Shown piece by piece: positions 1-10,059 of a DNA stretch of 64,000 nucleotides. The stretch is taken from the NCBI GenBank assembly GCA_965140415.1, contig OZ223209.1, positions 5,088,001-5,152,000 of the forward strand. Reading direction: 5' to 3'. The notes under the pieces were generated by a model, which saw nothing but the letters and a program-made list of their open reading frames with translations, made no database searches and was not told the DNA's origin. The DNA comes from Myxococcota bacterium. GTDB lineage: Bacteria > Myxococcota_A > SURF-8. Each line of letters begins with the position of its first letter. Within the stretch, counting starts at the first letter, position 1. The position numbers and the translations under genes were made by a program.

Positions 1-2
1 CT

Positions 3-542
3 GAAGGCTTGAAAATCCCGCGCGAAAGCTGCTTCCCGCTATTGCGTGACATCGTTTTTAACGAGGGCGGAAAGTACAATGATATCAAGTTCGATCCGTC
101 CCGCAACGACTTCCCGGTGACCGTACACGACCCCTGCAACCTGACGCGCCTGATGGGCATCATCAAGCCGCAACGCGACGTCTTGCATAAACTCTGTCCA
201 CAGTTCAGAGAGATGACGCCGCACGGGGCGCACAACTACTGTTGTGGCGGCGGCAGCGGCTTTGCCATCATGGGGCGCAACAACATTCACGACTGGCGCT
301 TCAAGGTTGCCGGTCGCAAGAAACTGGAACAGATTCTGAATGCCTTCTCCGATTGTCGTGGTCCTGAAACTAAGAAGTACGTATGTGCTCCATGCTCAAA
401 CTGCAAAGGACAGATTCGCGATATCTTCGAAAATTACGGACTGTTCGAAAAGGAAAGTCTGATTTACGCCGGTTTGGTCGAACTCATCGTCAATGCGATG
501 GTCGATGTCAATCCGGGCTTTATCAAATGGGAGCAGATGTAG
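3..542 (+). CDS. (Fe-S)-binding protein with CCG domain, HdrD/DsrK/TmcB-like; 5'-truncated by window edge
   Basis: Motifs VTVHDPCN, NYCCGGGSG and CAPCSNCKGQ; reading frame is open from the window start. Confidence 0.85.
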   Translation, partial: EGLKIPRESCFPLLRDIVFNEGGKYNDIKFDPSRNDFPVTVHDPCNLTRLMGIIKPQRDVLHKLCPQFREMTPHGAHNYCCGGGSGFAIMGRNNIHDWRFKVAGRKKLEQILNAFSDCRGPETKKYVCAPCSNCKGQIRDIFENYGLFEKESLIYAGLVELIVNAMVDVNPGFIKWEQM

Positions 543-617
543 CTGCCCTTCGAGGCATCGAAGTGCAGCTTGACGCTCCCCGAAGCAGCGAAAACCTTTG
601 GATACAAGGAGGCAGTG

Positions 618-1136
618 ATGGCAACGGCGGCGGAAAAAAACATTCTGGTGGTCGAGGATGAGCCGGATGTGCAACTGGTGCTTTCCACGGCCTTACAGGA
701 CGCGGGATTCTCCGTTCGCACGGCGAGTAACGGTCACGAGGCGTACAATCAGGTCAAGTTTGAAGTTCCCGATCTGATTACGCTGGATCTGGTGATGCCC
801 GGCATGAGTGGTGCGTTGTTTTACAGCAAACTGCGCAAAAATACCAATTGGGGCAACATCCCCGTGATCGTCATTTCTGCTCACGCAAAAGATGAGTTCG
901 GGCGCAAGGATTTCGAAGACATGATGCGCGGACGCGAATTCGAGCCACCGCAGGCGTTTCTGGAAAAACCGGTGGATACCGCCGACCTGATTCGGAAAGT
1001 GGCCGAGCTGTTGGAAGTGGAAGCCACCGAAATTCTGGCCGGACCCGAAGCGCAAACACGCGAAGAAATCCTCTCGAAACTCAATGGAGTGGATCTGGAT
1101 ACGCTCAAAAAGGTGCGCGAAGTACTAAACCGCTGA
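618..1136 (+). CDS. Response regulator (receiver domain with short C-terminal extension)
   Basis: ILVVEDE, PDLITLDLVMPGMSG, VISA and LEKP motifs; AGGAGG RBS precedes ATG 618. Confidence 0.9.
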   Translation: MATAAEKNILVVEDEPDVQLVLSTALQDAGFSVRTASNGHEAYNQVKFEVPDLITLDLVMPGMSGALFYSKLRKNTNWGNIPVIVISAHAKDEFGRKDFEDMMRGREFEPPQAFLEKPVDTADLIRKVAELLEVEATEILAGPEAQTREEILSKLNGVDLDTLKKVREVLNR

Positions 1137-1199
1137 CTTGTTTAATACTTCCCTGCCCGATCCGTGACGGCAAGAACCGACCTGGGAGTGATTGCCCAT

Positions 1200-1231
1200 G
1201 CCTGCGCCCCCGTATTTTCGGAGGCGCAGGC
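1200..1231 (+). terminator. GC-rich hairpin downstream of response regulator, possible terminator
   Basis: GCCTGCGCC-CCCG TATTTT CGG-AGGCGCAGGC inverted repeat; no strong U-tract. Confidence 0.45.
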
Positions 1232-1491
1232 GCCGTCTATTCTTCAAGTAACGTTTTACAGGTCTATAAAGAATCCTTACATTTCTTCGAGTAACCCCGC
1301 ATTTTTCCTTGCCCCATAACCAGTGCTACGAGTAGAATCCTCTCTGGCTTGGTGTCAACACTGCAACGATGTAAAATGAAAACGATTCTTTTCTATATTT
1401 GCCGCCGGGCCGATCATCTTCCGAATGCCAATGGGAAAAATGATTTGCCGCCTCGTTTTTCTCTCTCCTTCTTTATTTGAAAGGATCACCT

Positions 1492-4422
1492 ATGTTTTCA
1501 CATCGCCTACCTCTGATCGTTTGCGCACTGACATTGTTCTGGTTTTTAGCGCTGCCCGGTTGCAGCAGTGACAGCGATCCGGGAATCCTGTTTTCTGGAG
1601 ACATTGAACAGGCGGACACGTCCGTGGATGGCGATACGACCGATGCGGAAGCGGAACTTCCTGTAGAAGACGGTGACACTCAAGAAGGCGAGCAAGCTGC
1701 CGACGGCGACAGCACCGACGGGGATAGCGTCGTCGATGGAGATCTTCCCATTGATGGCGACACGGCAGATGGAGACGCGAGCGACGGCGACCTGATCTGG
1801 ATCGACGGTGATTTCTGGCCGGACGGCGATGATGTCGATGGAGATGATACCGATGGCGATGAAGAATTACAACGCCCCCGCCGTGGCTGGGTAGAGGAAC
1901 TGCCGGCCGAAAGCGCAAGTTGTGAAGATGCCTGCAAAACCATGGCGGATTGCGGTCACTTCGAAGGTCGTCACAGCGCAATCGATGACGAGGCGGATTG
2001 TTTACAGCGTTGCCAAAACGCAGATAGCCTTCCTTTCGGCGGTCCGACCTATTCAGACGACTATTTCAAGCGTTGCGCCTCGCAGACCGACTGCAACGAC
2101 AACCAGTATTGCAGCGACTGGCTGGCCGATCCGCGTGTGGATTATTCCTGCGAAGTCGTTTGTCTGTGCATGGAAGGCTATATGAACGAAACCGGAATAC
2201 GCACCGATTTCAGCATGTTAAACGACACTGCGTATACTCCGCAGGGCTTGACTCCAGCGACCGACGTGCAGGTCTTCGACAACCGCTCTTCGTTGGATAT
2301 CGAAGCGGCGCTGGACGCCTTCGACGTTCCCGCTCGCCTGTACGCCAAAGGGCATTTCGTTCAGATCCGCGCCACGCAACTGGCCGATCCGCAAGGCATA
2401 TTGGCCCTAGCCCAGAACATGGAACCGCTGCCGACCTTCCGCGACGCCAACGGACGCATTCTGGCTGCCACCGACCGCCTGATCGTGACCCCCAAGACCG
2501 GACGTCATACGTTACAAGCTAGCAGCTTTGCTGCACTGGGTCTGCAAAAAGCCAAGCAACTGAGCTGGTCGCCCTCCGGTATGTGGATCGCTCAGGCCGA
2601 CTCTCCGCGCGAAGCACTGCGCATCGCCGCCCAGCTTAACCAACGCAACGACATCACGGCGGAAATCGACTACGTCCGGTTCTACAAACGGCACTATATT
2701 CCCAACGATCCGCTTTTCGATTACCAGTGGCATCTGCGCAATACCGGCATGACGCAGCAGGTCGCCCACAATGATGCACGCGTGTGGGAAGCCTGGGATC
2801 TGGAAAAAGGCGAGCAGAGCGTGGTATTGGGCATCAACGACGATGGCTGCGACCTGAACCACCCGGATCTCGTCGGAAATATGGAACCGGCACTGGACTT
2901 CCCCGATGACTGGGAAGCGCAAGCACTGGCGGGAAGTTTTGGCTGGCACGGTTCGAGCGTAGCCGGTGTGACTGCCGCAAAGGGTGACAACTCTATAGGT
3001 GTCAGCGGTGTCTGTCCCAATTGCCGCCTGCGTTGCAGTAACGCCTTTGAATACCCTTCGGAAGACGATCCCATCGGCTCCAGCGACAGCATCACCGCCA
3101 GCAAATTCGTGTTACAGGCCGACGCAGGAACGGCAGCGGTCAACAATAGCTGGGGCTACGACATGGGCGATCCGCTCGTCTGGGGTGACGCCCCTGCTTT
3201 GATTCCCTTGGCCGGTGTCATTCGCGACGCCTTCGCCTATGCTGAAAGCGACGGCCGAGATGGCAAAGGCATGGTGATTCTTTTCTCCGCCGGAAATGAG
3301 AATACGGATCTGGCCGGAAATGAAATGCTGAATGTCGACACCATTGTGACCGTCGGCGCAACCGACGATCAGGGCTTGAAGAGCTACTATTCCAGCTTCG
3401 GCGCGACCGTGGATATAACCGCTCCCAGTAACGGCGGCATTACGGGTATCGTCACCACCGCCGCACGCGGCAGCGGCGATAACGGCCAGGACGACTACAC
3501 CTTCTCCTTCGGCGGCACCAGTTCCAGTTGTCCCTTCACCACCGGCGTGGTCGGTTTGATCCTTTCCGCCAACCCCGATTTGACCGCAGCCCAGGTACGC
3601 GACATTCTGAAAAAGAGCGCGCGCAAAATCGATCCGGCTCATGGCAAGTGGGATGAAAACGGCCACAGCAAGTATTACGGCTACGGCATGGTGGATGCCT
3701 ATGTCGCCGTCAGCATGGCACTGGATGCACAAAGCTGCACCGAACGTGAAGACTGCCTCTCCCCCACCGACCGCTGCACGAGCATTGGCCGGGACGGCGC
3801 CTGCGAGCGGGCGGCCTGTGATGAATGCACCGACAACAGCCAGTGCGCCTCCGGCGCGTGTCAGGCGTTACCGGAATTGCAGAAACAGCTTTGCGTGGAA
3901 AGCATGACCGAACAGGGAGCCTGCCCGGCAGAGCATTACGAAGTCAACGGCTATTGCCTGCCGCAACGCGGTGCTTGCGGTTCCTGCGACAGCACGGAAG
4001 ACGAAGTCTGCAACGGTCGCGACGACGACTGCAACGGCGTCGTCGATGACGGCGGCGTATGTGGCGATTACGAGCAGTTATGCCACGACGACCGCGATTG
4101 CCCCAGCGGCACGATCTGTCTGGCCTTGCAATGCTATCCCACCTGTACGAACGATGCGGATTGCGCTTCGGATCAATATGAAATGGACTGCCTGTATCCC
4201 TCCGGTCGTTTCGGTGGCGAGTTGCCAAGCTCTCAGGTGTGTATGCGTGTCGGCTTCGGGATGGAATGCGATGCCATGTGCGGCTTGATGCTTTCGGATA
4301 ACGACGATCAGAACATGCTGGATATCCAAGCCTGCATCGAGGATCAGGTCATCAACAACCAGGTCAACTGCATGGGATTGTTCCAGCAATGCATGTCCCT
4401 GCTCGGTGGGCGCAGCGAGTAG
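1492..4422 (+). CDS. S8 (subtilisin-like) serine protease lipoprotein with DGD tract and Cys-rich domains
   Basis: Lipobox LPGC; catalytic motifs INDDG, WHGSSVAG, SAGN, FGGTSSSCP; PNDPLF..QWHL mature start; Cys-rich flanks including EVCNGRDDDCNGVVD. Confidence 0.92.
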   Translation: MFSHRLPLIVCALTLFWFLALPGCSSDSDPGILFSGDIEQADTSVDGDTTDAEAELPVEDGDTQEGEQAADGDSTDGDSVVDGDLPIDGDTADGDASDGDLIWIDGDFWPDGDDVDGDDTDGDEELQRPRRGWVEELPAESASCEDACKTMADCGHFEGRHSAIDDEADCLQRCQNADSLPFGGPTYSDDYFKRCASQTDCNDNQYCSDWLADPRVDYSCEVVCLCMEGYMNETGIRTDFSMLNDTAYTPQGLTPATDVQVFDNRSSLDIEAALDAFDVPARLYAKGHFVQIRATQLADPQGILALAQNMEPLPTFRDANGRILAATDRLIVTPKTGRHTLQASSFAALGLQKAKQLSWSPSGMWIAQADSPREALRIAAQLNQRNDITAEIDYVRFYKRHYIPNDPLFDYQWHLRNTGMTQQVAHNDARVWEAWDLEKGEQSVVLGINDDGCDLNHPDLVGNMEPALDFPDDWEAQALAGSFGWHGSSVAGVTAAKGDNSIGVSGVCPNCRLRCSNAFEYPSEDDPIGSSDSITASKFVLQADAGTAAVNNSWGYDMGDPLVWGDAPALIPLAGVIRDAFAYAESDGRDGKGMVILFSAGNENTDLAGNEMLNVDTIVTVGATDDQGLKSYYSSFGATVDITAPSNGGITGIVTTAARGSGDNGQDDYTFSFGGTSSSCPFTTGVVGLILSANPDLTAAQVRDILKKSARKIDPAHGKWDENGHSKYYGYGMVDAYVAVSMALDAQSCTEREDCLSPTDRCTSIGRDGACERAACDECTDNSQCASGACQALPELQKQLCVESMTEQGACPAEHYEVNGYCLPQRGACGSCDSTEDEVCNGRDDDCNGVVDDGGVCGDYEQLCHDDRDCPSGTICLALQCYPTCTNDADCASDQYEMDCLYPSGRFGGELPSSQVCMRVGFGMECDAMCGLMLSDNDDQNMLDIQACIEDQVINNQVNCMGLFQQCMSLLGGRSE

Positions 4423-4439
4423 ACGACAACCTTTCGATG

Positions 4440-4478
4440 AATGGGTGGTAAGGGCTAAGCCACAGGCTTGCCCTTGTT
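4440..4478. repeat. REP-like palindrome, family B (TGGGTG...AAGC...GCTTGCCC)
   Basis: AAGGGCTAAGCC-ACA-GGCTTGCCCTT hairpin; related copies at 11161-11257. Confidence 0.55.
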
Positions 4479-4500
4479 CGAAAACCCCTTTAATGTACCT

Positions 4501-4568
4501 GTAGCGGCGGAGCGTAAGCCCGCCGTTTTTTAATGACGTTTCTCGGCGGGCTCACGCCTCGCCGTTAC
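4501..4568. repeat. GTAG-type REP doublet (REPIN-like), copy 1
   Basis: GTAGCGGCGGAGCGTAAGCCCGCCG...CGGCGGGCTCACGCCTCGCCGTTAC inverted pair; near-identical copy at 27132-27193. Confidence 0.7.
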
Positions 4569-4697
4569 GAAGAAGCATCAGTAGTATATGGGTGAAAACT
4601 CTTATAGGAACCCGCATATCCGGAAAAGGGCACTCCATTTGCGGCATATCGACGATATACGCAATGGAAGAGAGGGGAAGTGTAACGTTTGAGGATG

Positions 4698-5291
4698 TCA
4701 GTTGTAGAGTATCGCCAATATCAACCCGATCACAACCAGCAGTCCTATCGCTAAAATCGCAATCGACCACCAGCCGCTATCCCCCCAATGAAGCAGGTTC
4801 AGCAGACGTCCGCCATTGTCCGAGATGTTTTCATCCTGGAGAAAGCGAATCGCTTTGGAACTCTCAAAGTCCTTCGCCGCCTTGCTTCCCTCTTTGAAAG
4901 GTGACCATTTGTCTTTGATCGTATTTACCTTTCCGTTAAAGGCCTGTTTTGACTTCGATAAATAGCGATGCACCTCACCACCCAACTGCTTAGGGGTTCT
5001 TTTCGCAAGATGATCGCCGTTCCCTTTCTTGAAATCGGGACGCTCTTGAATCGGCACCTTGGGAAGGGGGAGGGTCAACGTTGATGAGAAGGTATGTTCG
5101 CTTCGAGCAGCAAATAGCAAGTGTAACCCGGTAAAGTGAATGGCTGCGCTCCACTTTCCCATTGTCCGATCATATACTTCATCATCGGGTCACAGGCCAC
5201 CGTCTGAAACCAGTTTCTTCAAGGCTTTCAGGGTTTTAGCCCCGTAGTACTCTCCCCCGCGACGAATGATGTAGTTCCATCGTTGTATCAT
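4698..5291 (-). pseudogene. GYF_2 (DUF4339)-like domain membrane protein interrupted by an in-frame TGA at 5190-5192
   Basis: ORFs 5190..5405 and 4698..5162 share a frame; joined translation MIQRWNYIIRRGGEYYGAKTLKALKKLVSDGGL*PDDEVYDRTMGKWSAAIHFTGL fits the GYF_2 pattern; C-terminal TM helix. Confidence 0.6.
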
Positions 5292-5724
5292 CTTGTTTGC
5301 CTTGAAGCGGTTCAGTTTATAAAGAACGGTGACGTATTTAAAAGAGGCGAAAATCGAATAAAATATTTCATGGCATGTCAATTCTCCGCCGATACGAAGA
5401 ATCACTACTAATACTTAACATAGCTTATCAGAATTAAAATCGAATGTCACCCAATTTCTTACAAAGAGTAAAATTTCGTACGAATTTCAAACGGTCACGA
5501 CGATAAGCCATAGACCGAGATAACATTCAATCCTGCACTTCCCGTTGATCTTAATGGCCAAGACAAAAGCCGAAAAAGATCTTAAAAAAAATCAAACAGA
5601 TTTTCAATTTCCTGTGATGCCCCCGGCTTCTCTTTTTCAATCTCTTGGACATTTGCTGACAATCGGGTATCATGACCGCACGAATTCGTAAAAATCTAAC
5701 AAGATGACCGGCAGGAGAAGCGAT

Positions 5725-8436
5725 ATGAGCGCAAAACTGGCGTGGTGTATCGGGTGGCTCGTGGTGATACTTGTGCTGTGTATAGCCTGCGGCGATGGAA
5801 ACGACGCCGAAAGCGACGGTGATTTCAGCGGCGATGGCGATCAGGAAGTCGATGGCGACACCGAGGGCGAAACCACCGCCTGCACGCAGGATTTCGACTG
5901 CAAGGATGGTGAACTCTGCGAGGAAGGCTATTGCATCCAGGCAGCGGATCTACGCTACAATCTGGACGCAGGCACCAGCCTGCTCGTCTATCGCAACGAC
6001 ACAGGCCGGGTGAATCTCTACACAACAGACGGTAGCTGGATCGTGCAGGCTGCCGACGCGCGCATGCTGCTCGATGCTACCGATGAAACCGCTACGGTGC
6101 TTACGGTTGCCTCCAGTTCCCAGCGCACGGTCGAGCGAGTCGAGGCGGAGCAGGACAGTCTTGGACTGGCCGACCGGCTCATCATTCGGGCAAGCGGACA
6201 ACAGGAAGGCGTCACGCTCATCTGGACGCTGAGCGCTTATGCGGAACAGGGCTTCTATACGGCACAACTGGAATTGCAGAACGACAGCAGCCAGACCGTA
6301 CAACTGGCCAAGGGTTCGGCCTTTGAAGTTCGCGCCGAAAAGCAGGGCGGCGTCTTTTTGGGCGAACATCCCACCACGCACCGCATCCTGGAGAATGGCT
6401 CCTATACCTACCTGGATTTTTACGTCGCCATCGAACCGGGCGACGTGCAGGCAAATCCGCTCACCTCCGTCGGTATTCCCGGTAACTTCGAGGGCTACTC
6501 GGTGTCGAACCTGGATCACGGCGTGATGGATCTGCAAAGCGATGCCATCTGGGTGGCGGGCGCATTGAGCTTCGAGCATTCGCTGCCGGTTATCAATCTA
6601 TCCTACGACGCAGGCGCGGCGCTCGTTTCTCCCGATGGACGCACCGGTTTCAGCTACTTCTCGGCGGAAGCGGCCTATGAACCGCTGAACAAACCGATTG
6701 AAAGTGGAGCAAGCTTTGCAACGGAAACCTTTTACCTGCATCCTTCGGAAAGCAATTTCTTCCAAGGCATGGAAAACTGGGCAAGCGCCGTCAAGCATTT
6801 CAACGATATCGTATTATGGACGGAAAAAGACGAAAACAACCGCGTCCCAAACGGCTGGAACTCCTGGTCCACCTCGGGCAGCACCGGCGGCTACGGTACG
6901 GATATCAATGAAACGGTGATTCTGGAAAACCTGCAAATTATGGCCGACGAATTCCGCGACTGGGGCATGGACTGGTTCCAGATCGACGACGGCTACGAGC
7001 CGGCCTACGGCGACTGGTGGTGGCGCGAAGACCGCTTCCCGCATGGCGCAGCCTGGATGGCGCAGCAGATCCGCGACAAGGGTTTCCGTCCCGGCTTGTG
7101 GATGGCTCCCATGACGCACGACGATCGCTCGCAAACGCTGGCCGAACATCCGGACTGGTTCGCCGGACCCGATTTCTTCCCGCCCGCCTATAACGTGCTC
7201 GATCTCACCAACCCGGAAGTCAAAGACTACCTGGCCGATCTGTTCAACACCTTCCGCAATGAATGGGGCTTCGAGTGGTTCAAAATGGACTTTTCCTATC
7301 ATGCCCTGTTCGGCGGCGAATTTCACGATCCCTCGCAAACCCGCGAAGAGGCATACCGGGGAGCCTGTCGCATCATCCGCGAAGCCATCGGCGACGACAC
7401 CTTCTTCCTGGCCGTCTCCGCACTGGGACCGCACATGGGCCTGATTGACGCCAACCGCCTGACGCTGGACAACATGCCGGTGTGGGACATGGAACCGGAT
7501 CAGACCGACTCGGGCAAGGGCGGGCAGCAGGGTTTCAAACCGACGGTGCGCTCCGCCGCGCGCCGCTATTACCTGCACGAACGGGTATGGATCAACCACT
7601 CCGACTTGATCGTGTTCCGCAGCAACACGCGCGACGAAACCTGGCCTCGGGTGACCTTGGATGAATCGCAGGCATTCTGCTCCTATGTAGGCATGACCGG
7701 CGGCATCGTCAAACTGGGTGACCGCCTGGTGGATTTGCAAGGCGATCACATCAACTCGGTTAGAAAGCTGTTGCCGATTTACAGTAAGGGCGGGCGACCG
7801 CTGGACATGATACAACTGGAGGTACCGGAGTTCTGGCATCTGCGCGTCGATCAAACCGATGGCGGATTCGAGCAGGGCTACGATCTGGTGGCGTTATTCC
7901 ATTGGGGCAAGAACTGGGATCAGACAGTCAGTCCCTACGCTCTGATTCCGGACACCGACACGCCGCGCCATCACGCATTCAAGCTTTCCGACATCGGTAT
8001 GGATGCAAGTAAAACCTATCTGGCCTACGAATTCTGGACCGGCGAATTCCTGGGCGAAGTCGACGATGAATTTGAATTGGACGTTCCCTCGCATACGGGG
8101 CGCGTGGTGGCGTTACGCGAAAAGCTGGACCGACCGCAGTTCCTTGGTTGGAACCGACACCTGACCATGGGCGCGGTGTTACTGGGCGCAGTGGATTGGG
8201 ACGAAAACGCACAAACCTTGACATTGCACGCTCCCATCGTTCCGGGAACGGAGAAAGCCCCATTTACCTACGAACTGGCGTTTTATCTCCCGGAAGGAAC
8301 CAGCTACGCCGACTATACCGCCAGTGGCGACAGCGACGCCTCGGTTCAGGCCGAGCAGCAAGGACGTGTACTGCGCGTTCAATATGAACCGAGCAAAATC
8401 CACGATCTGGAGTTGGAACTGTCTTTTACAAAATGA
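5725..8436 (+). CDS. Alpha-galactosidase-like glycoside hydrolase (GH36/clan D) lipoprotein with DGD tract
   Basis: Lipobox IAC; GWNSW, FQIDDGY, RFPHG, GLWMAP and FKMDF motifs; AGGAGA RBS before ATG 5725. Confidence 0.88.
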   Translation: MSAKLAWCIGWLVVILVLCIACGDGNDAESDGDFSGDGDQEVDGDTEGETTACTQDFDCKDGELCEEGYCIQAADLRYNLDAGTSLLVYRNDTGRVNLYTTDGSWIVQAADARMLLDATDETATVLTVASSSQRTVERVEAEQDSLGLADRLIIRASGQQEGVTLIWTLSAYAEQGFYTAQLELQNDSSQTVQLAKGSAFEVRAEKQGGVFLGEHPTTHRILENGSYTYLDFYVAIEPGDVQANPLTSVGIPGNFEGYSVSNLDHGVMDLQSDAIWVAGALSFEHSLPVINLSYDAGAALVSPDGRTGFSYFSAEAAYEPLNKPIESGASFATETFYLHPSESNFFQGMENWASAVKHFNDIVLWTEKDENNRVPNGWNSWSTSGSTGGYGTDINETVILENLQIMADEFRDWGMDWFQIDDGYEPAYGDWWWREDRFPHGAAWMAQQIRDKGFRPGLWMAPMTHDDRSQTLAEHPDWFAGPDFFPPAYNVLDLTNPEVKDYLADLFNTFRNEWGFEWFKMDFSYHALFGGEFHDPSQTREEAYRGACRIIREAIGDDTFFLAVSALGPHMGLIDANRLTLDNMPVWDMEPDQTDSGKGGQQGFKPTVRSAARRYYLHERVWINHSDLIVFRSNTRDETWPRVTLDESQAFCSYVGMTGGIVKLGDRLVDLQGDHINSVRKLLPIYSKGGRPLDMIQLEVPEFWHLRVDQTDGGFEQGYDLVALFHWGKNWDQTVSPYALIPDTDTPRHHAFKLSDIGMDASKTYLAYEFWTGEFLGEVDDEFELDVPSHTGRVVALREKLDRPQFLGWNRHLTMGAVLLGAVDWDENAQTLTLHAPIVPGTEKAPFTYELAFYLPEGTSYADYTASGDSDASVQAEQQGRVLRVQYEPSKIHDLELELSFTK

Positions 8437-8521
8437 ACAATCCAAAGGTTGCGTCTTTTTTCATGGAACCCTATACTTTGCAGCGATTTAGTATTCAGAT
8501 ACTTGCAGCATAGAGGTTCTC

Positions 8522-9217
8522 ATGACGCATTCTCGGCAGTACCCGATTCAGGGTGTAATCTTCGATCTGGACGGCACCCTGATCGACAGCGAACCCAATT
8601 ATTACGAAGCCGACCGGCAGTGGTTCGAAAGCTTCGGTGTAACGCTTACCCCCGAAATGAAGCGCCCTTACGTGGGCATGGGCAATCAAGCCATGGTGCG
8701 GATGGTGCGCGAGCAGTACGGATTGGAAGAGCCGGAAGCGGAACTTCTGAAATGGAAACGAAAGCGCTATCTTGAGCTGGCCAGAAAGAATACCGTTGCC
8801 TTTCCCGAAATGGTCAAACTGGTGCGCAGCCTGCAACAGCAAGAACTCCCCCTGGCGGTTGCCAGCGGCTCGGCTTTGGAAATCATCGAAGAACTGTTGA
8901 CCCTTACCGACCTGCGCGATGCCTTCGGCGTGCTGCTTTCCGCCGAACAGGTTCCGCGTCACAAACCGCAACCGGATATTTTTTTAAAGAGCGCCCGTCG
9001 CATGGGCATCGAGCCGAAGCATCTGGCAGTTGTAGAGGATTCAAAACCGGGCGTTCAAGCGGGTCTACGTGCGGGCATGCGCGTGCTGGCGGTTCCTAGT
9101 TTTCCCGAGCCGCCGCTCGATCCCGCCTTTTTCAAGGCGGACTGGCTGGTGGAGGGAGGCATGTCCGATTTCAAGGCCGAATCAGCCCTTGGTTGGTTGT
9201 GCAACATGAAACCCTAA
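8522..9217 (+). CDS. HAD family phosphatase (beta-PGM/Gph-like)
   Basis: FDLDGTLIDS, ASGS, KPQPDIF and VEDSKPG motifs. Confidence 0.92.
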   Translation: MTHSRQYPIQGVIFDLDGTLIDSEPNYYEADRQWFESFGVTLTPEMKRPYVGMGNQAMVRMVREQYGLEEPEAELLKWKRKRYLELARKNTVAFPEMVKLVRSLQQQELPLAVASGSALEIIEELLTLTDLRDAFGVLLSAEQVPRHKPQPDIFLKSARRMGIEPKHLAVVEDSKPGVQAGLRAGMRVLAVPSFPEPPLDPAFFKADWLVEGGMSDFKAESALGWLCNMKP

Positions 9218-9376
9218 ATTGCGCCATGCTGCGAAAAGCTGTAAAAGCGGTCTTTACGCAGCGGAAGAACGTGCTAGAATACAAATATTCACCTACGTTT
9301 CACAACAGGCAGACATACAGGGTTGGGCATGATGCCAATCTGTAAACTTGATTGTTTAAGAAAGAAAGGCAGAAAA

Positions 9377-9976
9377 ATGCATATAACAAAAGGATTGCTG
9401 CTACTGGCTTTGCTGCTAACCTTCGGTTTTTCAAGCGGTTGCGGCACGTTGTACTATTATTCAACCAAAGTGCAGGAAACAAAAGATCAGGCTGCCTTGC
9501 AGAAGGCTCCAGTTTATTACGTGAAACACATCAGCTTCGATCAGATTCCCAAACCGGAGGATTACGAGTCGGAACAACAGTGGCGCGAGGAAATCGATCA
9601 CTTGATGCCGGAATACGAAGAGGAAGTGAGCGCCTGGGCCAAAGAAGCGAACCTGGTTGGTAAAGTGATTCCCTTGAAAAAGGATCAGAAAGCGGACAAA
9701 GGTGTCCTGGTGGAAGCCGAAGTCAAAAACATTCGTCGCGAATGGAGCGGATTTTCAGGCGGATTCGATTATCTGACTTCCGACATTCGTTTTACCGACG
9801 TTCAAAGCGGCGAAGTGCTCTTTACCGCCGAAGTGGAAACGACCTCGCTTCGCTATGGTCCGATCGGTTGGCGTGCGAATGCGTTTTCAGGAAGGTTGGC
9901 TTTCAATACCTGGAATGTCGTAAGAGCGATTTTCAGCGCGATTCAAAACGGCAAGATCGATCCGTTACAGTATTAG
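9377..9976 (+). CDS. Hypothetical lipoprotein (no DGD tract)
   Basis: Hydrophobic signal ending in SSGC; start placed at the ATG following AAAGG. Confidence 0.7.
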   Translation: MHITKGLLLLALLLTFGFSSGCGTLYYYSTKVQETKDQAALQKAPVYYVKHISFDQIPKPEDYESEQQWREEIDHLMPEYEEEVSAWAKEANLVGKVIPLKKDQKADKGVLVEAEVKNIRREWSGFSGGFDYLTSDIRFTDVQSGEVLFTAEVETTSLRYGPIGWRANAFSGRLAFNTWNVVRAIFSAIQNGKIDPLQY

Positions 9977-10059
9977 GCGACCTTCTTTCGGACATACTTG
10001 TTTCGGCCAATTCCGGTTTCATAGAAAACCAGTTCAGTGACAACGATAATAAAGAAAGA

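Noticed and set aside
9742-10059. Extended N-termini from the ORF track (also 19431, 23235, 35162, 35890, 45616, 54141, 61718, 62699)
   Set aside because: They overlap neighbouring genes or promoters; downstream starts have an RBS or restore signal peptides at the N-terminus.
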